In this document: piece by piece, positions 51,690 through 64,000 of the stretch
How the letters are laid out: every line of letters starts with the position of its first letter
Numbering within the stretch: position 1 is the stretch's first letter
Source of the DNA: Mobula hypostoma
Lineage: Eukaryota
DNA length: 64,000 nucleotides
Assembly (NCBI RefSeq): GCF_963921235.1
Contig: NW_026948113.1
Location: 434,001-498,000 of the forward strand
Reading direction: 5' to 3'
Translations under genes and position numbers: made by a program
The notes under the pieces: model-generated
The model's input: the letters and a program-made list of their open reading frames with translations, nothing else
The model's database searches: none
Told to the model about the DNA's origin: nothing

Positions 51690-54665
51690 AGAACATAGAA
51701 CATAGAATAGTACAGCATGGTATAGGCCCTTCGGCCCACAATGTTGTGCCAACCCTCAAACCCTGCCTCCCATATAAGCCCCCACCTTAAATTCCTCCAT
51801 ATACCTGTCTAGTAGTCTCTTAACCTTCACTAGTGTATCTGCCTCCACCACTGACTCAGGCAGTGCATTCCACGCACCAACCACTCTCTGAGTAAAAAAC
51901 CTTCCTCTAATATCCCCCTTGAACTTCCCACTCCTCACCTTAAAACCATGTCCTCTTGTATTGAGCAGTGGTGCCCTGGGGAAGAGGTGCTGGCTATCCA
52001 CTCTATCTATTCCTCTTATTATCTTGTACATCTCTATCATGTCTCCTCTCATCCTCCTTCTCTCCAAAGAGTAAAGCCCTAGCTCCCTTAATCTCTGATC
52101 ATAATGCCTACTTTCTAAACCAGGCAGCATCCTGGTAAATCTCCTCTGTACCCTTTCCAATGCTTCCACATCCTTCCTATAGTGAGGCGACCAGAACTGG
52201 ACACAGTACTCCGAGTGTGGTCTAACCAGAGTTTTATAAAGCTGCATCATTACTTCGCGACTCTTAAACTCTATCCCTTGACTTATGAAAGCTAACACAC
52301 CATAAGCTTTCTTAATTACCCTATCCACCTATGAGGCAACTTTCAGGGATCTGTGGACATGTACCCCGAGCTCCCTCTGCTCCTCCACACCACCAGGTAT
52401 CCTGCCATTTACTTCGTACTCTGCCTTGGAGTTTGTCCTTCCAAAGTGTACCACCTCACGCTTCTCCGGGTTGAACTCCATGTGCCACTTTTCAGCCCAC
52501 TCCTGCATCCTATCAATGTCTCTCTGCAATCTTTGACAATCCTCCGTACTATCTACAACACCACCAACCTTTGTGTCGTCTGCAAACTTGCCAACCAACC
52601 CTTCTACCCCGACATCCAGGTCGTCAATAAAAATCACGAGAAGTAGAGGTCCCAGAACTTATCCTTGTGGGACACCACTAGTCACAATCCTCCAATCTGA
52701 ATGTACTCCCTCCACCACCACCCTCTGCGTTCTGCAGGCAAGCCAATTCTGAATCCATCTGGCCAAACTTCCCCGGATCCCATGCCTTCTAACTTTCTGA
52801 ATAAGCCTACCCTGTGGAACCTTGTCAAATGTCAAATCCATATAGATCACATCCACTGCACTACCCTCATCTATATGCCTGGTCACCTCCTCAAAAAACT
52901 CTATCAGGCTTGTTAGACATGATCTACCCTTCACAAAGCCATGCTGACTGTCCCTGATCAGACCATGATTCTCTAAATGCCCAGAGATCCTATCTCTAAG
53001 AATCTTTTCCAACAGCTTTCCCACCACAGACTTAAGACTCACTGGTCTATAATTACCCGGACTATCCCTACTAACTTTTTTGAACAAGAGGACAACATTC
53101 GCCTCCCTCCAATCCTCCGGTACCATTGCCATGGACAATGAGGACATAAAGATCCTAGCCAGAGGCTCAGCAATCTCTTCTCTCGCCTCTTGGAGCAGCC
53201 TGGGGAATATTCCGTCAGGCCCCGGGGACTTATCTGTCCTAATGTATTTTAACAACTCCAAAACCTCCTCTCCCTTAATATCAACACGCTCCAGAACATC
53301 AACCTCACTCATATTGTCCGCACCATCATAAAGTTCCCTCTCATTGGTGAATACCGAAGAGAAGTTTTCATTGAGGACCTTGCTCACTTCCACAGCCTCC
53401 AGGCACATCTTCCCACCTTTATATCTAATCAGTCCTACCTTCACTCCTGTCATCCTTTTTTCCTTCACATATTTGAAGAATGCCTTGGGTTTTTCCTTTA
53501 CCCTACTCGCCAAGGCCTTCTCATGCCCCCTTCTTGCTCTTCTCAGCCCGTTCATAAGCTCCTTTCTTGCTTCCCTATATTCCTCAATAGACCCATCTGA
53601 TCCTTGGCTTCCTAAACCTCATGTATGCTGCCTTCTTCCACCTGACGAGATTTTCCACTTCACTTGTCACACATGATTCCTTCACCCTACCATTCTTTAT
53701 CTTCCTCACCATGACAAATTTATCCCTTACATCCCACAAGAGATCTCTAAACATCAACCATATGTCCATAGTACATTTCCCTGCAAAAACATCATCCCAA
53801 TTCACACCCGCAAGTTCTATCCTTATAACCTCATAATTTGCCTTTCCCCAATTAAAAATTTTCCTGTCCTCTCTGATCCTATCCTTTTCCATGATAATGC
53901 TAAAGGCCAGGGAGCAGTGGTCACTGTCCCCCAGATGCTCACCCACTGAGAGATCTGTGACCTGACCCGGTTCATTACCTAGTACTAGATCTATTATGGC
54001 AGTCCCCCGGTCAGCCTGTCCACATACTGTGACAGGAATCCGTCCTGGACACACTAAACAAACTCTGCCCCATCTAAACCCTTGGAACTAATCAGGTGCC
54101 AATCAATATTAGGGAAGTTAAAGTCACCCATGATAACAACCGGTTATTTTTGCGCCTTTCCAAAATCTGTCTCCCAATCTACTCCTTTGTATCTCTGCTG
54201 CTACCAGGGGGCCTATAGAATACCCCCAGTAGAGTAACTGCTCCCTTCCTGTTCCTGACTTCCACTCATACTGACTCAAAAGAGGATCCTCCTACATTAC
54301 CCACCCTTTCTGTAGCTGTAATAGTATCCCTGACCAGTAATGCCACCCCTCCTCCCCTTTTTCCGCCCTCTCTATCCCTTTTAAAGCACTGAAATCCAGG
54401 AATATTTTGAATCCATTCCTGCCCTGGTGCCAGCCAAGTCTCTGTAATGGCCACTACATCATAATTCCATGTATGTATCCAAGCTCTCCGTTCATCACCT
54501 TTGTTCCTGATGCATCTTGCATTGAGGTACACACATTTCAGCCCTTCTACCTTACTGTATTTACACCGTTTATTCTGCTTCTCTTTCCTCAAAGCCTCTC
54601 TGGATGTTAGATCTGGCTTTACTCCATGCACTTCTTTCACTGCTCTATCGCTCTGGGTCCCATCC
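51690..54665 (-). mobile_element. CR1 LINE ORF2 (EN and RT), frameshifted, 5'-truncated
   Basis: EN 'CVYLNARCIRNK...AITETWL', RT 'KSPGPDG', 'SGVPQG', 'FADD', and a (TAGAACA)n tail. Confidence 0.92.
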
Positions 54666-55654
54666 CCAGTGAATGCAGCTGTAGATCACAGAATACAACA
54701 GAACCCCAGCCACCTTGAAAAGGTAAAAAGAGACATTAAAGAGAAGAATTTAAGCTGTTTCGCAGCCCCTCCACATGTGATAGCAGAAGGAACTTTGTAT
54801 TGGCTGCACTGCCACCCCTGTACCCCATCATTAACCCTACGCCTTAATTGTTAATTCGCTTGCCCCATAGACTGTCATGTTGAAGCTAAAGTTCACTAGG
54901 ATTGCAAAACAAATTCTCTCCGCAGACTCCATTGATGCCCATCCCCAACATCATAACCAGGTTTGGTTTCTGCCTGGAAAAAGGTCTCGGACTGACTGTA
55001 TGAATAGAACAAGGGATAAGCCATTCATCCAATGAAGATCTGCTAGTTCATACTAAATGCCCTCCTCTGGTGTATCATCCATACCCTTCATATTATGCCT
55101 ACCTAGAAGTCCTTAAACCCCATCAAACTGCTTGATTCATCTACTATCTCTAATAACCAAGCACCTACCAATCTCTGTAAAAAACTTCTCCCCCTAACCT
55201 TGAAAGTATGCTCTCTGGCATTTGATATTGCTACCTTTGGGAATAGATTCTGACTGTCCAACCTATCTATTCCTCTCATAATTTTAAACACCTCAATCAG
55301 TTCTCACCTCAGTCTTTGATGCTCTACGGTAAAAAGAAGTTTTATCTAACCTTCCCTTAAAGTTCATAGCCTCTAATCCAGGCAGCATCCTGCAGACCTC
55401 TCATGTACTCTCTCCAGTCTCCACATCCTACTGCCTATAAACTCCCTGGGATCACTGGAAAATGTATTATCCCATGTGTAACATGTGAAAATATATGTTT
55501 AGAAGCTGATAGGAGTGATATCCAAAACTCTGGAATATCCGTTGGTCTGATACCACTGAAAAGCTAAGGGTGCTGGATTATTGACTGTTTAATTATAGAA
55601 GTCAAGAAAGTTGAACACACACATTATTAGAATCATATTTACTATCTTAATTAA

Positions 55655-55890
55655 CATACATCAAAGTTGCTGGTGAACGCAGCAGGCCAGGCAGCATCTA
55701 TAGGAAGAAGCGCAGTCGACGTTTCAGGCCGAGACCCTTCGTCAGGACTAACTGAAGTTAGTCCTGACGAAGGGTCTCGGCCTGAAACGTCAACTGCGCT
55801 TCTTCCTATAGATGCTGCCTGGCCTGCTGCGTTCACCAGCAACTTTGATGTATGTTGCTTGAATTTCCAGCATCTGCAGAATTCCTGTTG
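55655..55890. mobile_element. Palindromic PLE mini-insertion (two opposed hammerheads) with 17-bp TSD
   Basis: About 98-bp inverted arms around a 4-nt loop TGAA at 55753-55756. TSD TTTACTATCTTAATTAA at 55638-55654 and 55891-55907. Confidence 0.9.
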
Positions 55891-58800
55891 TTTACTATCT
55901 TAATTAAACTGAATGGGAAGTTTTTCTTACCTCTCCTCAGTTAAGACAATCTGCTTTGCCCTGGTTCTTGTTGTCTCTCCTCCTGAACCAGCCAGTTCCT
56001 CCTACACCCTCCATGGATGCCCCACCCACTGAAATCCTCCAGCAGTTTGTTTGTGGCTCCACGTTCGAGCATCTGTAGTCTCCTGTATCTCCATTTCATT
56101 CTTCCTATTCAGGTAAGCAGCCTGTTGTACTTGTCTTGGGAGAAACTGACCTGGAATTGGCAGCTAGAATTCCAGACTGAGAGTAAGCCATTCTCCACAC
56201 AGTGTCCTGTTATCAGTGAGTGGAAGAGTACGTTACTTCTTCAGCCTGGGAATAGTCTATTTCCCGGTTCATTGCTTGGTAAGTTTTGGAAGATTTGGGC
56301 AAATTTTATCTACAGGATTGCTGAGAACCCCCCCCCCCACCCGCCCCCCCGCAACTGCCATGAGGATAGAGTCTGAGATTATAAGTTGAGGAGTTCTGCA
56401 GAGGAAGGAGAAATTTACTCCAATGATCCCTTTTTCCCAGAGATGAATTGCCTAGCATGGGAGGACACAGTTTTAAGGTGTTGGAAGTAGGTACAGAGGA
56501 GATGTCAGGGCTAAGTTTTTTATGAAGAGTGGTGAGGGTGTGGAATGGGATGCCGACAACGGTGGTGAAGACAGATACAATATGGTCTTTCAAGAGACTC
56601 GTGGACAGGTACATGGAGCTCAGAAAAATAGAGGCCTATGGGTAACCCTAGGTAATTTCTTAGGTAAGGACAGGTTTGTGGGCCGAAGGGCCTGTATGGT
56701 GCTGTAGGGTTTGTATGTTTCTATGATCTCAAATGAGAAGAAAGTTGACACAGAAGGTGCCAGATGCACACAGGGAATCTGGAACTTGAAGATTCAGTTT
56801 CAAGGCGAGAGGAAAGGCAATGAAAGGAGATCCTCGGAGGAAGTGTTTCATACGGAGATTGCTGAATATCTGGAATGAACAGCCAGAATGATGGAGGCAG
56901 ATACAACATTTCAAAGAACTTGGACAAGCACTTAAATAGGAAAGGCATACAGGGGTAGTTGCCTAATGTAGGTAAATGGGATTGTTGTAGATAGGCACCA
57001 TGGGTTGGTGCGAAGGACATGGGCCAAAATGGCTCATTTCTGTACTCTATGCTTCTTTGATTCTGTGATAATTGCATAATCAGGGATCATGGACTAGTTG
57101 TTTGTTGACCGAAAATTAAATGTTAGACAGAAAATAGAAGTAAATGAAATAAACTTGGAGTATCCCTCCAGGCCTTTGAATTCACCCAGCTTGCACAATG
57201 TTACAAATGCTCTGGGCTATATAGTGATGCAGTAGTTACAACTGCTGCCTCACATCTCCAGAGACCCAAGTTCAGTCCTGACCTCGGTACTGTCTGGGTG
57301 GAGTTTGCATGTACTCCCTGTGACTGCACTTTGTCCCAGGATCGCTGGTTTCCTCACTACTCACAAAAACATGCAGTTGGTAGGTTAAAAGGGCGCTGTG
57401 TATTGCATGTAAGTCAGTGGGAGGTATGGAGAAGCTTGATAGGAATACAGGAAGATTAAAATGGGTTAAGAGTAGGATTAGTGTAAAGCAGGTGTCCAAT
57501 GCTCATGGCCGGTGTGGTGAGGGACCTGCTTCCATGCTGCCTCTTTCTACGGGAGCAAAGTCAGGTTAAATGCCCATGCTGATTCATGAGTACACAAACC
57601 AGAACTAACAGACATTACTGTTGTAAACACTGGGTTGGGAGCAAGTCTTTTCACCAAAGTGCAGAGAGGGTAAGGCATTTGCCTTTGGCCTGGTCTACAG
57701 ATAAGTCAAACGTTCTTGACTTTGGACTTGGGTTTCCTATGCTTGTGGATATCAGTACCAAGAAAATTACAAGGCCGCTATTAACAAGGTGTAGTGTGAC
57801 CACATTCTTGGCCACTGTGTATCTTCTGACCATCAAGAACACAATGCCTTTGGACTGATCATACTGGGATCATTTGTTTATTGAGCTCCCAGGAATGAAA
57901 TAACCGATCAGACCGGCTTAGCCATCACTAAGGCAATTTATTTTGTTGCTAACTTAGGATGTAAGAAATATTTGGTTTCACCAAGAGAATACTGGAATGC
58001 ACTACTTGAGAGAGTGGTGGAAAGAGAGCCATTGATAGCACTCAAGGAGAGTCTAGATACAGTATATGGAATTGCCTAGATATGGAAGCTACAGGCTAAG
58101 TGTGGAAGGTGGCGTTAATATGGATGGGTGATCACTAATTGGTGTGGAAATGGTGGATTGAACAGTGTTTTTTCTGTGCTGTATGACTTGATCACTCAAT
58201 TAACCAATACTTTGTTTGAAAGTCAGAATAAAACAGCATAGAAATTGGCCTTTCAGACCAACTTCTCCACGCCCACTAAGGTGCCTATCTAAGCTCGTTC
58301 CATTTGCTTGCCTACATCCATTGACTTTCATTTTCATTATTCAAAGTTTCTCACTTAAAGCTATGCCCCCTAGGTGTTGCTTCCCTTGGGAATTTTTGAA
58401 CTGAGCAGCAATGTGTTCAATGTTTGGGCCTGTGTTACAAATTAAGCTCAGGGCCTCCATCCATCCAGATATACATTTACCAAGGTCCCAATAGATCACC
58501 ATTGGCAACTTATTGAAGAGTTGGGGAGGTGGGAATGGGAGAGAAGAGGTAACCTATGGGGATGCGGCAGGGGGCAGACCAGCAATGATTATACTGAATG
58601 GGAGGGAAGGCTTAAGAGACTGAGTGGCCTACCCCGCTTCTATTTTTTGTATTATTGTGAAACTATGGAGGATCAAGGTTTATTTTTTGTGGACTACATG
58701 GTTAGGTTAAAACGAAGGACTGCCACTTTAGCAACAAAGTCTCTGAACACATATTATTTCTGTGCTCTTGCATTTCTAACCTCACCTGTTAACCAAACAT

Positions 58801-61800
58801 GGAGAACATGAGTGAGTTTTTCCTTTCCATGAGATTTGTTTTGCCACTAAAAGACAATAGAAAGAACTGGCACATTGATTTTTCATTTGTTCAACATTCT
58901 AAATTTTCATTTAGCATGATACTGACATGGTGTCAAATAATTTTCCTTCTGATTTTACTTTACATCATCTTTAGAGTTCACAGTGAAGTAATATTTACTC
59001 AAGCACACAAAAGCAGTTTGAGTTGCATTTGGTAAATACATTTCATCATACAGAGGTAGTCATACTGTACAGAAATCTACAAAGTACTATATCATTAATA
59101 AATTATGGACAATATTACTCCAGTTCTCAAATGTTTCAATGCACCAAAACTCATCATCAATCCATAAATCAGCAACGTGTTTAAACCTCGCCTGTTGTAT
59201 CATTATTTTGAAAGCTGTCCTGCGTTGACTGGGTCAGTTCCTTGATTTCATAAAAATCTGTCCCACCTTCCTGAGTTATTTAACCTTTTCATCTGGTAAT
59301 TTGTCAGCAATGTAACATATTAAGAACAGTTTTCAGTGTAAATATGACTTAAACTTTAGCATTTTTTTGTTGCTTCACTTTAGCACATATGCAGGTACTA
59401 ATATCCCAATGAAAGGCCAATGGTAACTTTCAACATGGGCCATACTTGGGCTATCAACTGATCTTGTCAATTGATTGTGGATTGCTTGAATACTTTTGCT
59501 ACTTGATGTGGATATCCTTGAGGGAGGCTGGGCTATTCCATGTTGTTCCTTCATCACAAGACCAGAAATATCGCCATGAAAAACAATCAAATTACGATTC
59601 TGTCCTGCACGTTGCTGATTCTGTTCAGGAAGTTATTACAATGTATACAGGTGCCACGGTAGCAGAGCAGTTAGAGCAATGCTATTACAGCTCAGGGTAT
59701 TCTGGAGGTTGGAGTTCAATTCTGGCACCGATCTGTAATGATCTCCATGGAATGCGTAGGGTTAATTTGGTTGGTCGGGGGTTGCTGAAATGGTGTGGCC
59801 CAAAGGGCCAAAAGGGCCTGTTCCATACTGTATCGCCAAATAAATAAATAAATAAATATCTGATGACATATTTTCTTTCTCTACCTTATATTTTCAGTCA
59901 GTTCATTGATTCAATTTCTGCATACTCTTAAATACAATTCTCTTTCTCATGACCTCTGAAAAAAATTATCCAGTGCAAAAGAAAACCTAGATTGTGTGTC
60001 CACTTTGTGCATGTATTAACAGTGTTTATTCACTATAACATACACATTTTTCCCAAACAACTGTTCCTGTTTCACTTCTAGAAACTGAACAGACTTCCAG
60101 CCATTAATAACAATGGACTAAGGTTTATCATTCATCAATTTCACTTTCTGAAAAAGGGTTTTCTTCCAATACCCAGGAAGCATCAAATTTGCTTTACACT
60201 ATTTTATTGTGATGAAAGTAGAGTTATCCCTTTATATCCAATATAAATTTTCCCTTACCAGATCTATTTATTTAGAGATACAGTTTCTGGCCTAACGAGC
60301 TGTGCCATCAAACAACCCATCTATTTAACACTAGCCGAATTACAGGACAATTTACAATGACCAATTAACCCTTTAATTGGTATGTCTGGATTGTGGGAGG
60401 AAACCGAAGCACCCATAGGAAACCCACACGGTCACGAGGAGAACGTAAAAATTCCTTACAGACGTGCACTCCGATATCCGAAGCCCGGAGCTGTAATGGC
60501 ACCATGCTTAAAGCTACACAACCATGGCTCCCAATGCAGTGACATATGCAACATTTTTCATCCATTCTAATTTCAGAATGATTCCTGGGCTTGGCTCTTT
60601 CACATGAGAGGTGGTATCTGCCTGCAGTGAATGGTTCAGGTAAAGCTTTTAGGCCATATTGTAACATCAGAAACTCTCAACGTCTGAACTAAGGTCTATA
60701 ATTTTCAATGCTCATGTTATAAGCATAAAGTTTTCAGTGATCCTGCCAAACCGCTATTCATGTGGTCTTGAAGCAGAATGAAGTTTTTCCACTGTATCTT
60801 GGTGCATGTGACAATAATAAATAATAAAGTAAAAATAAATTTCAATTAAATAATAAATTGCCTTTGTTTAAAAAATATTGTAGTACAGTACATTAAATCC
60901 ATTATGCTCATTAATAAAATGAAACCTGTTATGACATATATTCACTTGTAAATATTAGATTTTGTTCATATTTACCATCAAAACAAAGAATTGTTTGTGC
61001 AATGACAATAATTATTAATGAAGAAACTTCACAAGCTGGTTATAGACTGTGACAGATCACTTGGATGCACAAGGTCCTCTGCCTGTCTGTGAAGATCTAG
61101 CTGACCCTAACAGTACTGTAGCCACGACACCACACAGTACATTTCCAAGTGAAGAGCAACTAATAGGTTCCCTTTAAGCTATCTACACAGACCTTTTGGT
61201 TCCTGAACAGTCCAAGTTAATTCTGCAGTAAACAGTGCAGCCCCCCCGGCCACCCTCAGGGTCGCTCGGCTCACTGTCATCTAGAGAAACAGCCTCGGCC
61301 CCGCCAAACTGGATAATTCGTTTGTGTGGATGCTGTGTGAGATACCCCACCCCGCCCAAATAACAGACAATACACCAGATGCAATTAAATGATTTACAGT
61401 TTATAGATATTACTGGAACTATATAATTAAAAGAGAATAAAATATACAAGGAAAATAAAAGGCGCCACACTTATCAAAGTTCAATCTCTTCGTGCACAAA
61501 ACCGTTGGAGCTCAAGGACCTTCTTCTTCACCCTGCGACCCCTCGGACCACCTCGACCGGCCGCCTGGGACCAACAACGGTGGTCGACCAGACGCTCCAC
61601 ACGAGTCCGTCTCCGTCTCCTCGCCGAACGTCCCGCTCGGGGTCCGACACCGTTAGCAGACTCACAGCACCTCGTCCATCCTCTGTCTCGCTCTCCCGCC
61701 TTCTGTCCCCAAAAACCCCTCGCAAACAGTATCTTCAAATACACCAAAACCATAACAACTATCCCAATTGGTTAATAACGTATTTCTTATCACCCTCTAA

Positions 61801-61979
61801 ACCACAACAAGCTGCTAGCGCAAACTTTCTCAGCGTTAAGACAACAAAGCCACATTCCCCAGATTAGCATAACAAAGACGCCATTTTAATTAGCCTCCGC
61901 AGGAACATAAAAATCGAAACCCCCTTACGCCAGAAAAAATAATGTCACAGCAATAAGAAAAATCACTAATATAGAAATA

Positions 61980-62310
61980 TCCTGGGGGATACCATGCAGA
62001 CTGTGAAGAATCTCAGGATAATGTCCAATACTGGGAGCATCCAGACAGAGAATCTGTAATTGGGAACGGTCCAGGGATGGAGCCTAACATTGGGAGAAGC
62101 TGAGGGAGAAGCCCAACTTTGGGCGAAGAATGATGAGAAAGCCTGACATGGGGGATTCTGGAGTCACAGCCTGACACTATGGAGAATTCACGGCATGTGG
62201 GGAGAGTCTGGAACAGAACCTGACACTGAGGGGAATCCAGGACACAGCCGACAGCCTAATATTGGGGAAAGTCTGATGACAAAGACCAACACTGGGGTGA
62301 ACCTAGGTCT
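61980..62310. repeat. Degenerate minisatellite, unit about 30 bp
   Basis: Recurring AGCCTGACA(C/T)TGGGG(A)GAA..TG-like units. Confidence 0.5.
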
Positions 62311-62339
62311 GACCCCAATGCTGCTGGATGTAACACTTT

Positions 62340-62460
62340 GCCAGGCTGAAAAAGTTAGTCCTGACAAAGGGTCTCAGCCCAAAACATTGACTGTACCTCT
62401 TCCTATAGATGCTGCCTGGCCTGCTGCGTTCACCAGCAATTTTTATGTGTCTTGCTTAAC
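62340..62460 (+). mobile_element. PLE terminal remnant with decayed hammerhead
   Basis: GTTAGTCCTGACAAAGGGTCTCAGCCCAAAACATTGACTG: CpG-type transitions in the core. Confidence 0.7.
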
Positions 62461-62624
62461 ATCCCATGTGTTTGCTATTTGTGGATCGAAGGTCATTAGC
62501 CAAGTGTTCATAACTCCACAATGCATGTTTTCATATGCTCTAGTGGCCTCCACACAGCACTTCACTGTCCCCAGTAGTGCTTTCTGATAGTTACCAACAC
62601 CGTGAGATTATTACTCTTGTTTCT

Positions 62625-63450
62625 ACAATTCAGAGTTTGTCAAGGGAGATGAGGCTGAGTACAGGGCTACGGTAGGAAACTTTGTCACATGGTGTGAGCA
62701 GAATTATCTGCAGCTTAATGTGAAAATGGTGTGGTAGACCTGAGGAGAGCTAAGGTACCGGTGACCCCTGTTTTCATCCAGAGGGTCAGTGTGGACATGG
62801 TGGAGGATTACAGATACCTGGGGATACGAATTGGCAATAAACTGGACTGGTCAAAGAACACTGAGGCTGTCTACAAGAAGGGTCAGAGCCATCTCTGTTT
62901 CCTAAGGAGACTGAGGTCCTTTAACATCTGCCGGATGATGCTCAGGATGTTCTACGAGTCTGTGGTGGCCAGTGCTATCATGTTTGCTGTTGTGTGCTGG
63001 GGCAGCAGGCTGAGGGTAGCAGACACCAACAGAATCAACAAACTCATTCGTAAGGCCAGTGATGTTGTGGGGACAGAACTGGACTCTCTCACGGTGGTGT
63101 CTGAAAAGAGGATGCTGTCTAAGTTGCATGCCATCTTGGTCAATGTCTCCCATCCACTACTTAATGTATTGGGTGGGCATAGGAGTATTCAGCCAGAGAC
63201 TCATTCCACCGAGATGCAGCACAGAGAGTCATAGGAAGTCATTCCTGCCTGTGGCCATCAAACTTTACAACTGCTCCCTTGAAAGGTCAGACACCCTGAG
63301 CCAATAGGCTAGTCCTGGACTTATTTCATAATTTACTGGCATAATTTACATATTACTATTTAACTATTTATGGTTCTATTACTATTTATTATTTATGGTG
63401 CAACAGTAACGAAAGCCAATTTCCCCCGGGATCAATAAAGCATGACTATG
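62625..63450 (+). mobile_element. Rex1/Babar 3' fragment with (ACTATG)n tail
   Basis: 'YRYLGIRIGNKLDWSKNTEAVYKKGQS.L.FLRRLRSFNI', and a tandem tail at about 63421-63450. Confidence 0.85.
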
Positions 63451-63918
63451 ACTATGACTATGACTATGACAATGTTATACCAAGACTCTCCAGCTGTTTT
63501 GAAGTGTTGGGATCAATGTCACAGCTTCTCTGTATATCGGAAATGGTATATGCAAGGGACAATCAATTCTAACATGCAGTAAGTCCCATGTTAGAATGGG
63601 ACTTTTAGGGAAGGGAATGCTGGCTACCCAGCTGTAAGGGAGCAAACAAAACAGCAGAAACAACCATAACAACCAACATACACTGCGAACACTATGGGAG
63701 GGAGGGAGAGACAGGGAGAAACCAAAAATAGTAGCCAAGATGACAGAAAGCAAAAAGTTCCTTCTGCACTGATTATTTCCATGCAGTGTTTTAGTTATCT
63801 GTGCATCTGTGTCTTTCTTTGTTTGTCTATTTAAGTTCCCTTGTTTTGTTCATTTTTGCTCAGTCTGGAGTTTACCTACCCCTTGAGAAGTGATTCTCGA
63901 GTCCTAGCCTGTGTTCTT

Positions 63919-64000
63919 TCAGCATGGATTTGTGAAAGGAAAATCATGTCTGACGAATCTCATAGAATTTTTTGAGGATGTAACTAGTAGAGTGGATAGG
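63919..64000 (+). mobile_element. Start of a 5'-truncated young CR1 (continues beyond the window)
   Basis: Reads as the exact reverse complement of about 27908-27989. Confidence 0.9.

Noticed and set aside
63475-63753. Hydrophobic ORF ('CWLLWLFLLFCLL') as a leader or TM exon
   Set aside because: It is hydrophobic in all frames because of GTT-rich low complexity, and the donor is weak.
1-64000. V(D)J gene segments or recombination signal sequences
   Set aside because: The CACAGTG heptamers I checked (e.g. about 7162, 9223, 34141, 49901, 56199) have no nonamer at 12- or 23-nt spacing.

Overview
Repeat-dense eukaryotic genomic DNA. The mix of CR1, Rex1/Babar, L1/Tx1, Penelope-like (PLE) and V-SINE-like repeats suggests a cartilaginous fish, probably a ray or skate (inference). 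The only host gene I can support is a divergent, nonclassical MHC class I-like gene on the minus strand. It has a probable leader exon (10597-10533), alpha1 (10391-10143), alpha2 (6096-5826, absent from the ORF track) and alpha3 (5040-4766). Of the classical peptide-anchoring positions I could align, only Y7 is kept. The alpha2 helix region is hydrophobic and CD1-like, and there are extra cysteines. Several lesions (frameshifts, alpha3 Cys to Tyr) make it a probable pseudogene. The rest is mostly transposable elements. These include a five-layer nest with TSDs visible at most levels (old CR1 > PLE > full-length L1 > solo LTR > CR1, 19912-30772) and PLE insertions with inverted termini carrying minimal hammerhead ribozymes, one of them a 236-bp near-perfect palindrome with a 17-bp TSD. 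There is also a fold-back mariner MITE, a tRNA-derived SINE, and a CpG-island promoter-like region of unknown target. All translations and alignments were done by eye; boundaries of decayed repeats are approximate.
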